Source: Phoronis australis
Taxonomy: Eukaryota; Animalia; Phoronida
Assembly: GCA_002633005.1 (NCBI GenBank)
Contig: NMRA01000025.1
Span: 1,095,160 to 1,159,159 of the forward strand
Direction: 5' to 3'
DNA length: 64,000 nt
This document shows, in pieces, positions 26,335 to 38,700 of the stretch (position 1 is its first letter; every line of letters begins with the position of its first letter). A program made the position numbers and the translations under genes. Under the pieces are notes generated by a model. It had not been told where the DNA came from, made no database searches, and saw nothing but the letters and a program-made list of their open reading frames with translations.

Positions 26335-26729
26335 AGTGCCGTTTGCATTACAAAAGTTGACACGGATCAGCTGACACGGAACGAGATGTTCCAGTGTTTA
26401 AACGGGACTGACACGGAGCAAACTGACACCGCGGTGACAACTTTTGCCACTCATTTGCTCCTTGTCAATTATACCGGTATGTCTAAATGCAAAACTGGGG
26501 CAAGGCGGAAAGGATCATCTCTACTGCGCTTGTGCAATGACCTACTTACGGCTCTCTGTCTCTGCAACTCCCACTATTTGAAAACCTGCGCATGTGCATC
26601 CAGCTCTCCAGCGTACAACTTCCGTCTTGCCACAGTTAGTGAAATTGCGTGTGTAAACGGCCGCTTGACGCGGATCAAGTTGCTCCGTGTCAATTGCGCT
26701 GGATCAAAAGTTTATGTCGAAACGGGACT
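26335..26729 (-). mobile_element. PIF/Harbinger-like MITE, copy B (inverted relative to copy A)
   Basis: Reverse complement of copy A over its whole length; ends AGTGCCGTTTGCA ... GTCGAAACGGGACT; TAA on the left flank, AAA on the right. Confidence 0.7.
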
Positions 26730-29700
26730 AAAGAACAAGATGATCAATTTCGTTAAATAAAATGATTTTTCATTTACAATAGTTGTGTGCTCTTGTTCCG
26801 CTGTATAAAGGTCCTCTTTGATTTGAATGTGCAGTTTTTTTCTGAGTATTTTGTGCACGCTTTTGCTAGTGATTTTCTTTCCATTGTGAAAATAGGCTTA
26901 ACATTGGCAGTTGGACAGCCATGGCTAAAACACAAGCCTTCTTTGTTTACCTAACAATATCCAACATTTTTAGCAGTGAACAAAACGCCCATCAATCCTT
27001 CAAATATGGCAAAAATTGTTACTTGTTGCTCCGGCTGTTAATAATTAATAACCATTGGTTTTCATTGGCAACACATGCTGGCATAGCTGGTCATCATTGT
27101 GCAGTTGACAGGTTTCCATGGAAACTGAGCAACACCTGTTGCTGATTGGTCACTTGGTTGAATTTCTATTTCTGGGTGACCACAAGTTGCAGTGTTCAGG
27201 GAAAACTTCTGTTTTATTTGTGGCTTGTTTTTGATGGAGAAGTCCTCAGTCTTGTTGATGACCTCCCAAGCTTCTGAGGCTTCTGTTTGTGTATATTTTA
27301 ACTTGGCAACTACTAAGTACTACAAGAATACTGTTTCTTTGTTTGACCTAAAACAAAACATAAGACACTGCAAGTTGACTACTCTTCAGTATTATGAAAC
27401 ATAAATGGGACTTCTGTTTGACCCAGTTTGCAATCCTGGTAGATGGGGAGTGGTAACGCAGATGAAATACAATCGTTTTTGTTCATGGACATTTAGCGAT
27501 GTTGGACTTAACACCCCACTGTGCAAAACTGGTGATTTGACACTAAGGTGATTTCAAACAATTAAAAAACATGTGAAATTGTTCCGTTTCAAAATATACG
27601 TCAAAGTTACTAACTTTTCGTGGCGACGCATGTTTACGCACTAATTACACTATTGGCATCTTGCTAGAGCAAAGTTTGACATTTCCCCTATTTCATAAAT
27701 GGTTAATGCTGCTAGATTACTTTTCTTTTTGAGGTTGATGGTCATAAAACAGTCTTCCTATCAGTGAAACAATATACATAGCAAATTATAAATTATTGAC
27801 ATCGGATAAGCCCCTTTATCTTTTCTTGTGTTTGACATTTTAATTCTATTCTTTCATACATTATTGATCACTTATTTTTTATTGTTAATTCCGTTTGTTT
27901 TTCTCATCTAACTGCATCTGGCTTTTATCTCATCTATCCTTTGTTTTGACTTATCTCAGTAGTTGTTATTGTAAGAATTATTTGTTCTTAAATTTTCAAT
28001 CCTTATATTGTTTACCCGGTGGTCATAACTGTGAACATTTGACACTTTGTCTATAGGTGTACACTGATTGGACTTCCATTTGAACATCTTTGTTGTTTTT
28101 CTTTAAGGGTTTATGGTAAAATCAATATTTGGGGTGAATGATTTTAAAGCCCTCTCTCACATGGGGTGGAAAGGTGCCTGTGCCTTATGAGGGTTTTTTT
28201 TTTCCGGGTGTTGAGAAAATCACTCCAGTTGCCACAATCCGAGTGATTCTCAACCTGAAGGGAAGGGAATTTTTGGATCTAATGAGGGGATTTCACATGA
28301 TTTTAGAATATTTTTCATTAGGTATTGTATCAATATTTGGCCCATAATCGAGCCCTTGGACTTAAGCTGTATATAGTGTACTTGTAGGCTATGATGTGTT
28401 ATTACTCGCAGCAAACTATGTTTTTTTGTTTTTTTCTTACTGCGAATGTTTGTGGAATTTAAATTTTTCAATGAACTTGTATGTCAAAGAGTTAAGCAAA
28501 AACCATGTGACCGGCTGTAGTAAGTTTCAGTTTAGAGAAACACAGTGTGTCAGTGTGTGAGATGGTGATACCTAGCTGGTCAGGTAAAATCAGCCACTTG
28601 GAATACAGTGCAGATAAAATAAATCTTATTTTCCTTATTTAAACACAAGATAAGTACCAAATTTATGGTTTATGTTTTCCTAAGCTACCGCTAGATAATG
28701 ATGTGAATAACTGTGGACAGCTACAGTGTTTGAGGCTATTGGAAAAATTAAAAACTTTCCTTTTGTCATGTGGTGTCATATAACTTGTATGCTACCTGCT
28801 ATTTTTTGTGTTTCAGTTGACCCCATTGTTGAGGTCATACCTGGGCCAGCAGTCAGTGCATACTGTTTGTGCCACATTCAACTGAACAAGATGATGGGTG
28901 ACTATCATGTGTTGAAACTGGGTCAACCAGTCTGAGATGAGCATTTATGGCGGATAGTTATCCACGTGGGTGCAAAGTTATCCACATGGAGGGTTATCTG
29001 CGTGCATGGTAACGCTTAGTGCAACATTATCCATGTGAATTTTCGTCTGAACTTTTGTCTTTCCTCAGTTTCCTCACCGTTATTCATTATCTTAATGATT
29101 TGTTGATAAAAACCGTGTTTTGTTAATTATCTATGGTTTTCCTTTGTGTTGCTCAGATACAAAGTTAACTTGATTTCTTGGGTAGTACTGTTTCATATAT
29201 ATTAATCATATCTGTAATAATAAAGCAGTCTTCCCAGGTTTCCTGTTTTTGTAACACGTTGACCGTTGCTGTTCACAGCTTTCTGTAGTTATAGTCACTA
29301 AGTCAGAAAGCTGCTCTCAGAAAAGGTCTTGTTTGCATGAAGCGTCGTTATTTGTAAGTGTGTGTTTTTTTCCTGATATGCTAGCATTAGGGTTTCTACT
29401 CCCATGAAATTGGTCAGACGGGGTAGTGGTAATGATACCTTTTTTGTTTGCGATTGAATAAACGGCTCAATTTGATTTTTGTTTTTGTGGCCAGCCAAAA
29501 ATGTTACTTTAAACCGAAGATCTGCATGCTGTTTTACGATATTTTGTGAGCTTTCCATTGCTAAATATATCTTGTAATGTTCGAAAATGGAAATAGAGTG
29601 AGTTGTAGTAATTCTGCTGTAATATTTCTGAGCAAGGGAATCTCGTTCTGGTGTCATAAATCTTGAACAAACCTGTTATCTTTTTTAAATTGACACAGAT

Positions 29701-32609
29701 TTTTTTTGCTGGAACACTTGACATGTTTATCAGGACGTCCTTCAAACATTCAGTTTCACAATGAATTTCTTGCTAGAGAAATATTTCCCAAAACAATAAG
29801 TGGTAAATTTATTTAACCTTCACAGTCAAATGTCACAGTTATGCTTTGGTGTAGTTATGTCTAAGAATTCTGAGAGAATTGTATTTTCACACAAGGCATT
29901 GGCTAGCAGTTGCTGAGAAAAAAATTCCTTACAATAGCTACATCTTTAAAAAAAATTTGTATGGAGCCTGCTTAGATGCCTTAAGCTGTTTCTACATGGG
30001 GAGGGGGTGGATAGTTGTCAGTGTGAGTTGTCATGGTGTGATTTGTTCCACTTCAGTCACATTTACACAATTACACAATATTAAATCGTAAACTGGATCA
30101 GCATGAGTCATTTACACAAAGACTGGGCTGCGCATGCTTGCATGAACAATGCCAGATATCTAAACCATGTGGAATGCCAGCAGATACACAGGTACATATG
30201 CTATTGTGCGGGTATTGAAAGATGTTCCCTTTCCACTTTGCCCTAGTTGTGTTTAGAGGTGTAGTTGACACTGGAGCAAAAGACTGAGTGCGACTCGCTC
30301 AGCCTATCAAACAGTATCAAAAATGGCGCCGTCAACTTGCTTTGTGTTAGCTGTGTTTACACCCACACTTGCACCCAATCAGCTGTTCCTTGTTAGTTGG
30401 TGCGTGACAGCTTTCTCCCAGTGTAAATGCCGTTAAGGTCCCGAGTGGACTGACAGTCTAGCCCTAAGTTTTAAGTGCTTAATTGCACGAGGATTAAACT
30501 TGTCTCACTGTTGCTGAACACGTTATGTATTAGCAGGTGTATTGTTGCCTAATACTGTAATATGCAAACAATGAATCTGCATGTCTTAGAGATTGTGACC
30601 ACATTCATCCAAATATACTTTGGACTTTTCATTTACCCTTTTTCGTCAGAATCCAACCCAAAGCTCTGTCCAGACAGGTATTTACGTAAGGTGGCGGAAG
30701 TTCTCGGCTGGACATTGCAGTGTGTGTGTGCATAAGTTTACACGTGTGGGAGTTGCAGTTGAGAAAGGGAAAATTATGCAAGTTTTTGCTTATTGATATA
30801 CTTAGCCACTTTCCCAGTTGCCAGTGTGACTAAAAGGTAAAAGGCGAGTAAAAATTCTACTGTTCTACTGTTTGGAATTCAGAAAAGACTTGTTTTTTTA
30901 ATTGGAAGGTTCAATTCTGAAGCATCTTCATTTGAAATTCTTTTGTTTCCGTTATTGTGAAAACGGAGATGTGAACACTTAATTTTCGGTTGTGCTTGTC
31001 GTTGCATCTGACGTGTCGACACGGCAAAGCTGGTGAAGTCACAGTTGATGAAGTTGTGTTTTTGAAAATGGCAATAGTCAAACCATTGTCACAAGTTTAT
31101 TGTTTATTGATTCAAAGTTTCGGACAGGCATTGTGGGGTCACGGGAAATAGTTTTCCACATATAGCACTGGTACTATATTTTGATTGGCTAACAACATTT
31201 TGACCCAATAACTTAGAAACCGATGGTGTTCTGTATTTGCATGCTGCTAAAGCTTTTTCATACGCTGTACATGCCTATTCTCACCTCGTATTCTAAATTA
31301 AAGTAACTGCTTTGGAGTCGACGACTCAGTGCATTCTGAATGCCTGTCACGTGACTTCTCTGAACCATGTCACTCTAACTAAGCCGGAGAATTCACATCG
31401 ACTCCTGAAAAACGAGAAGTTTTATTGGTTCTACTGATATCACGTAACTAATCTAATGAATAACGACACATGGATCAATATATGTCGGGCATCACTTGAA
31501 AAGCATTCAAATTTCAGACATATTCTCATCTTTTATACATAAGTTCATCTTTGGGCACACTAATTATCGTCTTGCACTCTTCTACTAAGAAAGATCCTAG
31601 TGTTCACTTCCAAGTTGAAACCCTCTTAATGGAATATCTTGCTTGTTATTATATTTTACATTGAAACTGAGGATCGGACTTAAAGCAGACTCCTCTGTTC
31701 TGCCCTTGTTCATTTTGTCAACAATTAGTCAAGCATCAGATTTTTAAACAGCACATGTTTTTCTTATACCATTTCTACAACAAATAGAAGTCATTTCAGT
31801 TATAATAGAGAACACTGGAGTGTGTTAAGCGCATTGTTTTGTTAGAATATAACAAATCATGCATGAATAGCCTGCGTGTAGAAATTGTGTTGTTAGGTTG
31901 GTAGTGTTGTTCATTTACGTTTGATCAACAATTAGCTAAGAAAATTTATGATGTTATCAATTAACATAAATTATTGTTTCAGTATAAATTGCCAATTAGG
32001 TGTGGTCTAACGTAGTTGGATCTTGCTGTTTGAATTGTTTGTCCCATTGAATTATAGAAGAATTTTTCTTGTCAAAGTATTTTTTAATTTTCCGAACTGC
32101 TGTTTGAAGGTGGCCATTCAGCAGGGTCAGGTCTTTCCAGATATCTGATCAAACACCTTCATGGTCTGTTGCCCCTGCAGTTTATGTGAGAATTTCAGTG
32201 TTGTCCAATTTGCCAGATTCTTAACTTATGTAATGGCTGTAGCCTAGTCATAAATCACTGTCATATGATATTCTCATTGGCTGCTTACAGGTTCTCATGG
32301 TTGATCAGTAGAGCCTTGTAAACACAGACAATACCTAACCTCAGATAATAACCAGTTGGCTTCTAGTTCATATAGTCATAGGTCAAAAACGCCTAGATCC
32401 ATCGCCATTATGAATATATATCCTATGGGCTTTGCAGTGCCATCTGGTGATTTAGTCGCTTCTCAAAGCAGCAACTGGCGAGCTGTAAGAAAATCAGTAT
32501 CCGTGAGATATGTCTGTGTATATGACTGGGACCTATACTTGCTTGATGGTATTTTTGGTCCAAAAGTTAAGTATATACAATAATGGCATACATTTGACAG
32601 TGCTGAATA

Positions 32610-33310
32610 TATGTCTGGCTGACCAGTGAGTGCATATTGCAGGATCTTACTGAAATTTGGCAGGTATTTTCCTTTGTGGCTGACAATGAGTTTTGGACTG
32701 ACCTGAATAGCGCTGTGCCCCCTAGTGGCAATTTTGGTTTTTCTTTTGGGTCTGTATATTCGGAGTTCCTTGACAGATTTTCATGAAATTTGCAAATTGG
32801 TTTTTAATACAAAGGCGATGACGCCATTCCATTTTTGGACGGATTCAATGAATTTTACCTTGTAGACATTTTTTATGCGCCCGTCATCTCCGTTCGTCCC
32901 CTTGATGTATGTTCATGAAATTTTGCACGTGTTTCTTCCGTACAGATCCGACTACCGGTGTGCTCCCTAGTGACAATTTTAGTTTTTTTGCGTTTACCTC
33001 TGTATCTTCAAAAGTCCTCAACGGATTTATATAAAATTTGCTGTATAGGCACCTAATAGTCAGATAACGCTGTCCTCTTTTTTTTCGGATGGATTCGACA
33101 TAGCTTGTGCCACCTAGTGGCCATTTTTGCTGTTTTTGAGTCTGTTTTTTGCGTCCACCGCTCTATCAACCAAACCGCTCAAAGGATGATTGTGAAAATT
33201 GGCATGTATGTTCTTACTATGAAGTGGACGGCTGACGATGATTTTGTGACGACTTTGACTTCTGTGGCGCCTCCTAGTGGCAATTTAGTTCTTTTGCGCC
33301 TGTGCCTGTA
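32610..33310. repeat. Interspersed repeat built from about 145-bp subunits, copy 2
   Basis: Shares long blocks with 16915-17760 in permuted order; motifs at 32715, 32960, 33107 and 33267. Confidence 0.85.
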
Positions 33311-34077
33311 TCTCTCTTGTCTTCGCAGAACCGTAGCTTTGCTGTGTGTAGAGAAATTTTTCTGAACTTTGTCATGCGGTGAGACATCTATTATCGATCT
33401 CAAATTATTTGAGATTTTCCTACTACAACTGTTCATTTAGTGATTGATATCTGTTGTCATATATCCAGCATCCTTTGTCAGATCCTTTTGAAATTTGGTG
33501 ACTAGATCTCTCATCAAGGGCTACGAGATGGAGTTGATGTGTTATTCAAGATTTACTGAGCTGATGACTTCACTTATTTACCCACTCCTCCACTTTTTCT
33601 GGTTTATCATACAGGTTGCATTTTTTGTCAGATTGACATGAAAGTTACGCACAACACAAGGATCCATGTACAGCACATCAGCTAGCCAAAAGCGACCTTT
33701 CAAAATTCTTAGGTCGACAAATGGGAACAGAGGTTGCCAAACCCCGTTAGCAATAGAGAAAATTTTGAAGTTAACAAGGTACCTGGTGTGAAAAACGTCG
33801 AATTCGGCAAATGTTTGGGGTTTTTGCTTTTTTGGTTGAATGGAACATTATTAAAGATGTCCCCGACGGTGACAGCCATGTTTTGAGTAAGCATTAGTGT
33901 TCTTTCAGGGAATATCCTGATCTAGTCAAGCGCCATCTGGAGTGTGATCTGTTTCCCACTACTACTTACCCTTCTGGTGTCTTCTTTGGTGAACTGATCC
34001 CTCAATGCATATTTTGTTGCTTTATCATCTACTGTGCTAGGCTATGTTTCTTGGCCATTTTTGTGAAATCATCCAAG

Positions 34078-34091
34078 TCATCATCATCATT

Positions 34092-34148
<57 letters not shown>
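34078..34148. repeat. (TCA)n microsatellite
   Basis: About 23 TCA units with one TTA interruption. Confidence 0.97.
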
Positions 34149-35628
34149 GTTTTCATTTAGTTTCGACTGCTCAGGGTGTTAGGTGTTAAACCATGGATGC
34201 TTTTTTAACATACATACTGGGCATATCCTGAAAGACCTTTTTTCCGGAAATTCTATGATGCAGTAAAACATAACATATTTTTGTGGACTAAATGAAACTG
34301 TATGTTAACAGAGTCTCACAATAATAGGCATTCTTTAAAACTGTGTTTCACTACCTTCTTTTGATTATTGTTTGAAAACAATAGCCTTGTCCTGAATTTG
34401 GAGGCAGTAATTGTGACATCTATGAGTGTTCAACTTTTCATGGTTATCAGGTGAAGATTCATCACTCTAATGCCTGGAAATCTTTGTGTCTGGCAGATCC
34501 TAGGGTAGGTATAACATGGAAAGCTGTACAAGTATGTAATGGTCAGGCTGTACTTCTGATCTCTGTCATAGTGAAAATATGCATGACATTGACAGGAGGT
34601 GCTGTTCTTTGTGGCTTGAATTTTTACCTCGCAACCTTGAGCAATGCAATTTTGGGTTGAACTATAGTGAAGAAATTTACACATACAGTTATTCTTCACG
34701 TAAGTGGCCGAAATCTGTCATTTTTCTGTTTTGCAAATAATGGGAATTTTAGCAAATGTCGTTCTTACATCTGCATTATACAATCTATATTTTGTAATAA
34801 ATGGGAATGTTCTTAATCTTTTTTGGAGAAATTTAACAAAATAGAATTTCATTGGCAGCCATATTGTGCACCATATAAGTGAAAAATTAGCGTATGCTGG
34901 TCCCCACATTATGAATGGCTCTGTGGGTTTGTTATATTACTGGATTAAGTGATCTGACACAAATGTTCACATGCAGGTCCTTGCTTTACCATTAGTGCTA
35001 AAAAATTAACAATTACTGATTGACAGTTGTCGGCAGCTTTAACACTGACTAACAACCTTGCTGGTAGATTCTCCAGAGTCATTCAGGTGAGCACTCAATA
35101 AGACAGTAAAAATAGGGGATTAATCAAGTGAGTTGGTGTAGTGTGTGATAGGCAGTTACAGATTGGCTTGTCAAGACTTGGCTGTCCTAGTGTGTGGTTG
35201 ACTTGCCCACTGATTTTGGTGGGTTGACTGGCAGCATCACCTGTTGGCGGTGTTTTGTTTGAATTTGTCAATGTTGAAAAAGTGTTGTAATGTTTGTCAT
35301 TTATTTATTGTCTTAATTATCAACCTGTTTTAATTGTATCTTTTTCACGTATATTTAATTGTTGTTTTATTACTTCATTGTATTATATTACTGTTTTTTT
35401 TGTTGAGGGCCTTCTTGGAAAGCAGTGCTATCACTGAAGAGGTCACCCTCATTTTAAATATCACAATAAAAAAAGGAAACAAATTAATTGCTGGTGAAAA
35501 TGACCCCTTCACAGACACTTATTCTGTCGGACACTTAAATTATGACTAAAACGCTGGCTCTCATTTTAATGTAGTAACAGTTGCACTGGAACACACTACC
35601 TGTTATGTGTCCTTAACTTCCCCTTCAG

Positions 35629-35727
35629 ATTGACAGGCTGCATCAGGAAAACAAGCTACCAATCATTGTTGGAGGGACCAACTATTACATTGAGTCACTC
35701 CTTTGGAAATGCCTTATTGATACCAAG
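35629..35727 (+). CDS. TRIT1: tRNA dimethylallyltransferase exon 3 (absent from the ORF track)
   Basis: Manual translation [33 protein letters not shown] contains the family motif [15 protein letters not shown]; 99 nt; donor AAG|GTAAGA at 35728. Confidence 0.95.
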
Positions 35728-38700
35728 GTAAGATAATGAGTGTTTTAAGGTTATCTCAAACCTCATTAAGTGGCCTCCATTCTAACTCGTCAATCAAAAA
35801 CCGTTCTTTGTCAACTAGTAAAAGTACATTTCTGAAAGAGAAAAGATGAGGTGTTGAGAAGTAATATGTTCTATATTTATGTGACATCATTTTTAAGTCA
35901 AAAATTCATTTTTAAGCAAGGTACATTTGTAGCAAAATAACCCCTCTCTATCGATTTTAATGAAAGCATTTTTAAATGAAAACTTCACCAGACACCTCAA
36001 AATGATATTAGGAATTTTCAATTAGTCTTTCAGTTTGGTTTCTATGACAAATTGTCTCATGAAGGCATTTTTGTAAAAAAAATAGCTGTCGTATTTGTCT
36101 TCATTATATTACGTAAAAACAGCCCTTTTTGAAAATTGTAACAGTGTTTTTGAGGTTGATGAATAAATAGAATGTGTGGAAAGCTTTAGCGAATTCCACC
36201 GAGCCGTTTTTGAGAACTCATGTTCCTAAGTTAAAATTGAGTCGATTTGCTGAAGCCAAGAAAAAGCCAATTAAGTTGTGAGACGTCAACCTATACATGC
36301 CCTAACTTTGGTCGTTATTTCAACATTCTCTCGCATTTTGAAATGAATTTGCAGCGCTTAATTATTGTTGAAAGTTTTAATTTTGTGGCCGTCTCCAGTC
36401 TGTCATGTGGGGTCAACTGTTGACCTATTTATAAGTAGGTCATCAGTTCTGTTATACGCACCACGTACCGGGAGACTGATATGAACTCAAGTACGAAATG
36501 GACTACAGAAATCAAGTCGGTAGTTAAAAGCGTGTCTTGAGCTTGAGTACGAACAGCAAGTTTTCAAATTTCTTGTCAAATTAATGTATTTGGGTGAGGA
36601 TCTATCTTTTTTGTGAATAAGGTTTGAGATAAGCTTAACTTGGGTTGCTTGTGTGAAAGTTGGTGCACAGATTACTGTGTTGTGTGAAAGCCCAACTATG
36701 TGCTTACATCAAACATTTCTGATACAAGTTCTCCGTCCTTGCATTATTCTGCATTTGTGTACAGTTAGGTTTTTCTCTTAAATTGTGGTGGTCAAGATTG
36801 CATTTATTAGAAAAAAATGAATTCCATTGTTGACGCAGGTGGAGACGGCACAAAGGTACACATTTTTAGTTGGCGCAAGTCGCCCCAATATGCCTACCAT
36901 GAATTCAACTTTTCTCTTTAGGGAAGGAAGAAAGATGCATTGCATGACTGACCTACTTTTCAAAATGTGAGGTACTCCTGAGTTTCAAGTCCGTGGTGTC
37001 ATTGTGAATTTCCGTGCCTGCATTACAATGGTTGAAATACATAATAATTGGATATGCATGGCTATAGCCCAGCCCCCCCCGTGGTGCACCGCCCGTAGAC
37101 CGTGGGCAGCGCAGCACTGAATAAAAAAGGGGGCTATAGTCCCCCTGCCCCCTATGGTGTACTGCCCATGACATGAGCTAATGACTTGTGCATTTGCATA
37201 TGGTCAAACAGGGCTGGTGCTTGGCACTTATGTTGCATTGTGGGTAAATACCTCGGAATGAGAGTGGCGCGGTGCCAGTTTAGGATGTGCTTATGACTTT
37301 GTTTTGTATCAATTTCCTGTGAAAAAGAAACTTGTGTTAGGGTGGAAGTACTTGTGTTGGGTCCCCACACCATTTCCCACGTCTCTTTGTCCTTCTGTAT
37401 TTGGCCAAAGCAGTTTCTGATGAAGCACTGCCACTGAAATAAAAGCTGATGTGTGTCGCTTTCATTGTCATGGTGCCAGTTTCATTGCATCTACTTCCTG
37501 CACTCTTGAACTGTAATTAACGGACATTCAATTGTTTGCATACAGTTTGAAACTCAGCTTAGAAAGAAGGAAGGTGTTGTTACGATTTTCTGTCTAGCAA
37601 AAATTTCAACAATTTAAAATGCACTATGGTAGTGAAATTCTATTTTTCTATTTTCTAGAAAGAGAGGTGTACCAAATAAATACTTCATCATTTTAAAACT
37701 CCGTAACATGGCTTATATCAGACAGTGTTTTGAGAAATGTTAGGCATTCACAACTGTGTTAAAAATCTTTGTGGAAGGGTCAATTGTGTCAATTTATAGT
37801 GAAATTTGTATTATACCATAACTGTATGTGGTTAAGAGGGTTGATTGATAGCTTGTGGCCTCTATGTTTGCTGTTGGAGCTCATCTTGGTGGTTACAAAG
37901 CTTTCAGTGGATGATGAATGACAAGGGGCTGTACATGGACACAGACACTTGGCTGTGCCTGGACGTTTATTACACCTGTGTACTGAAGTTATGATTGATA
38001 TCTATTGGTACTGATTTATCACTTCCTGTTATATAACACCATAGTCCAGAGTTTTATGGCAGAAGTACAGTTTCCACAGATGTAGAAGGCAATTAGTGCA
38101 AAAAAGGTAAGCAGGCGGAATTGATGGCGTAACTTTTAAGTATCTGTATTAGGGCAGTGAACCAGTACGTATTGATTGTCATTAAACAAATGTTGGTAGC
38201 AAAAGTACCAGTTTTCTTATTGGTGCTAGAAGAATTCACTTGGAAGTATGTGGACATCTTCATCAGTTTCAATTGGTTTCTTATGTAACATTGGTCGTGT
38301 CGCGAGAACATCGGTGTGCCCCGTGGTACATCTTGAAAAGACAATACGAGTTTGGTCATGACTGAGTCACATATTCTATTATGCGTAGTTGGTCCAGAAA
38401 GACAGGGTGACTTATTGAATTAGTAATGCGAGTGACTGTCATGCTCTCATGGAGTTTCCAAGGTTGATCTGATGACTTTCTGAGTAAAACATGGTTATAT
38501 GAGCCAACAATCTGGCGATGACCCTTAGATTATCAGATGAACGACCAGTTGTCAGTGTCAAAAAGTGAAATTGCAATTCGGTGCACTATCAGGCAAAATT
38601 AAAATTATTACAATCCATGTATGATTTCTCAATTGTAGGATGTCATCTGGTGATGTTGTTTGATATGGTTTTTGGTGATCTACAGATTGATGTTCGATTT

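Larger units (their letters stand above)
19542..35628 (+). other. U12-type (minor spliceosome) GT-AG intron, TRIT1 intron 2, 16,087 nt
   Basis: 5' splice site GTATCCTT (19542-19549); branch site TCCTTAAC (35610-35617) just upstream of the AG at 35627-35628; joins exons 2 and 3 in frame. Confidence 0.92.

Noticed and set aside
28955-29040. Repeated TTATCCAC motifs resembling bacterial DnaA boxes
   Set aside because: Eukaryotic intronic context; more likely subterminal repeats of a decayed MITE.
16927-33436. Similar short ORFs (MVVKIGMYVLT.../LPLGGATVVKV...) recurring at 17 kb and 33 kb
   Set aside because: Translations of a non-coding repeat on both strands; frames are not preserved between copies.
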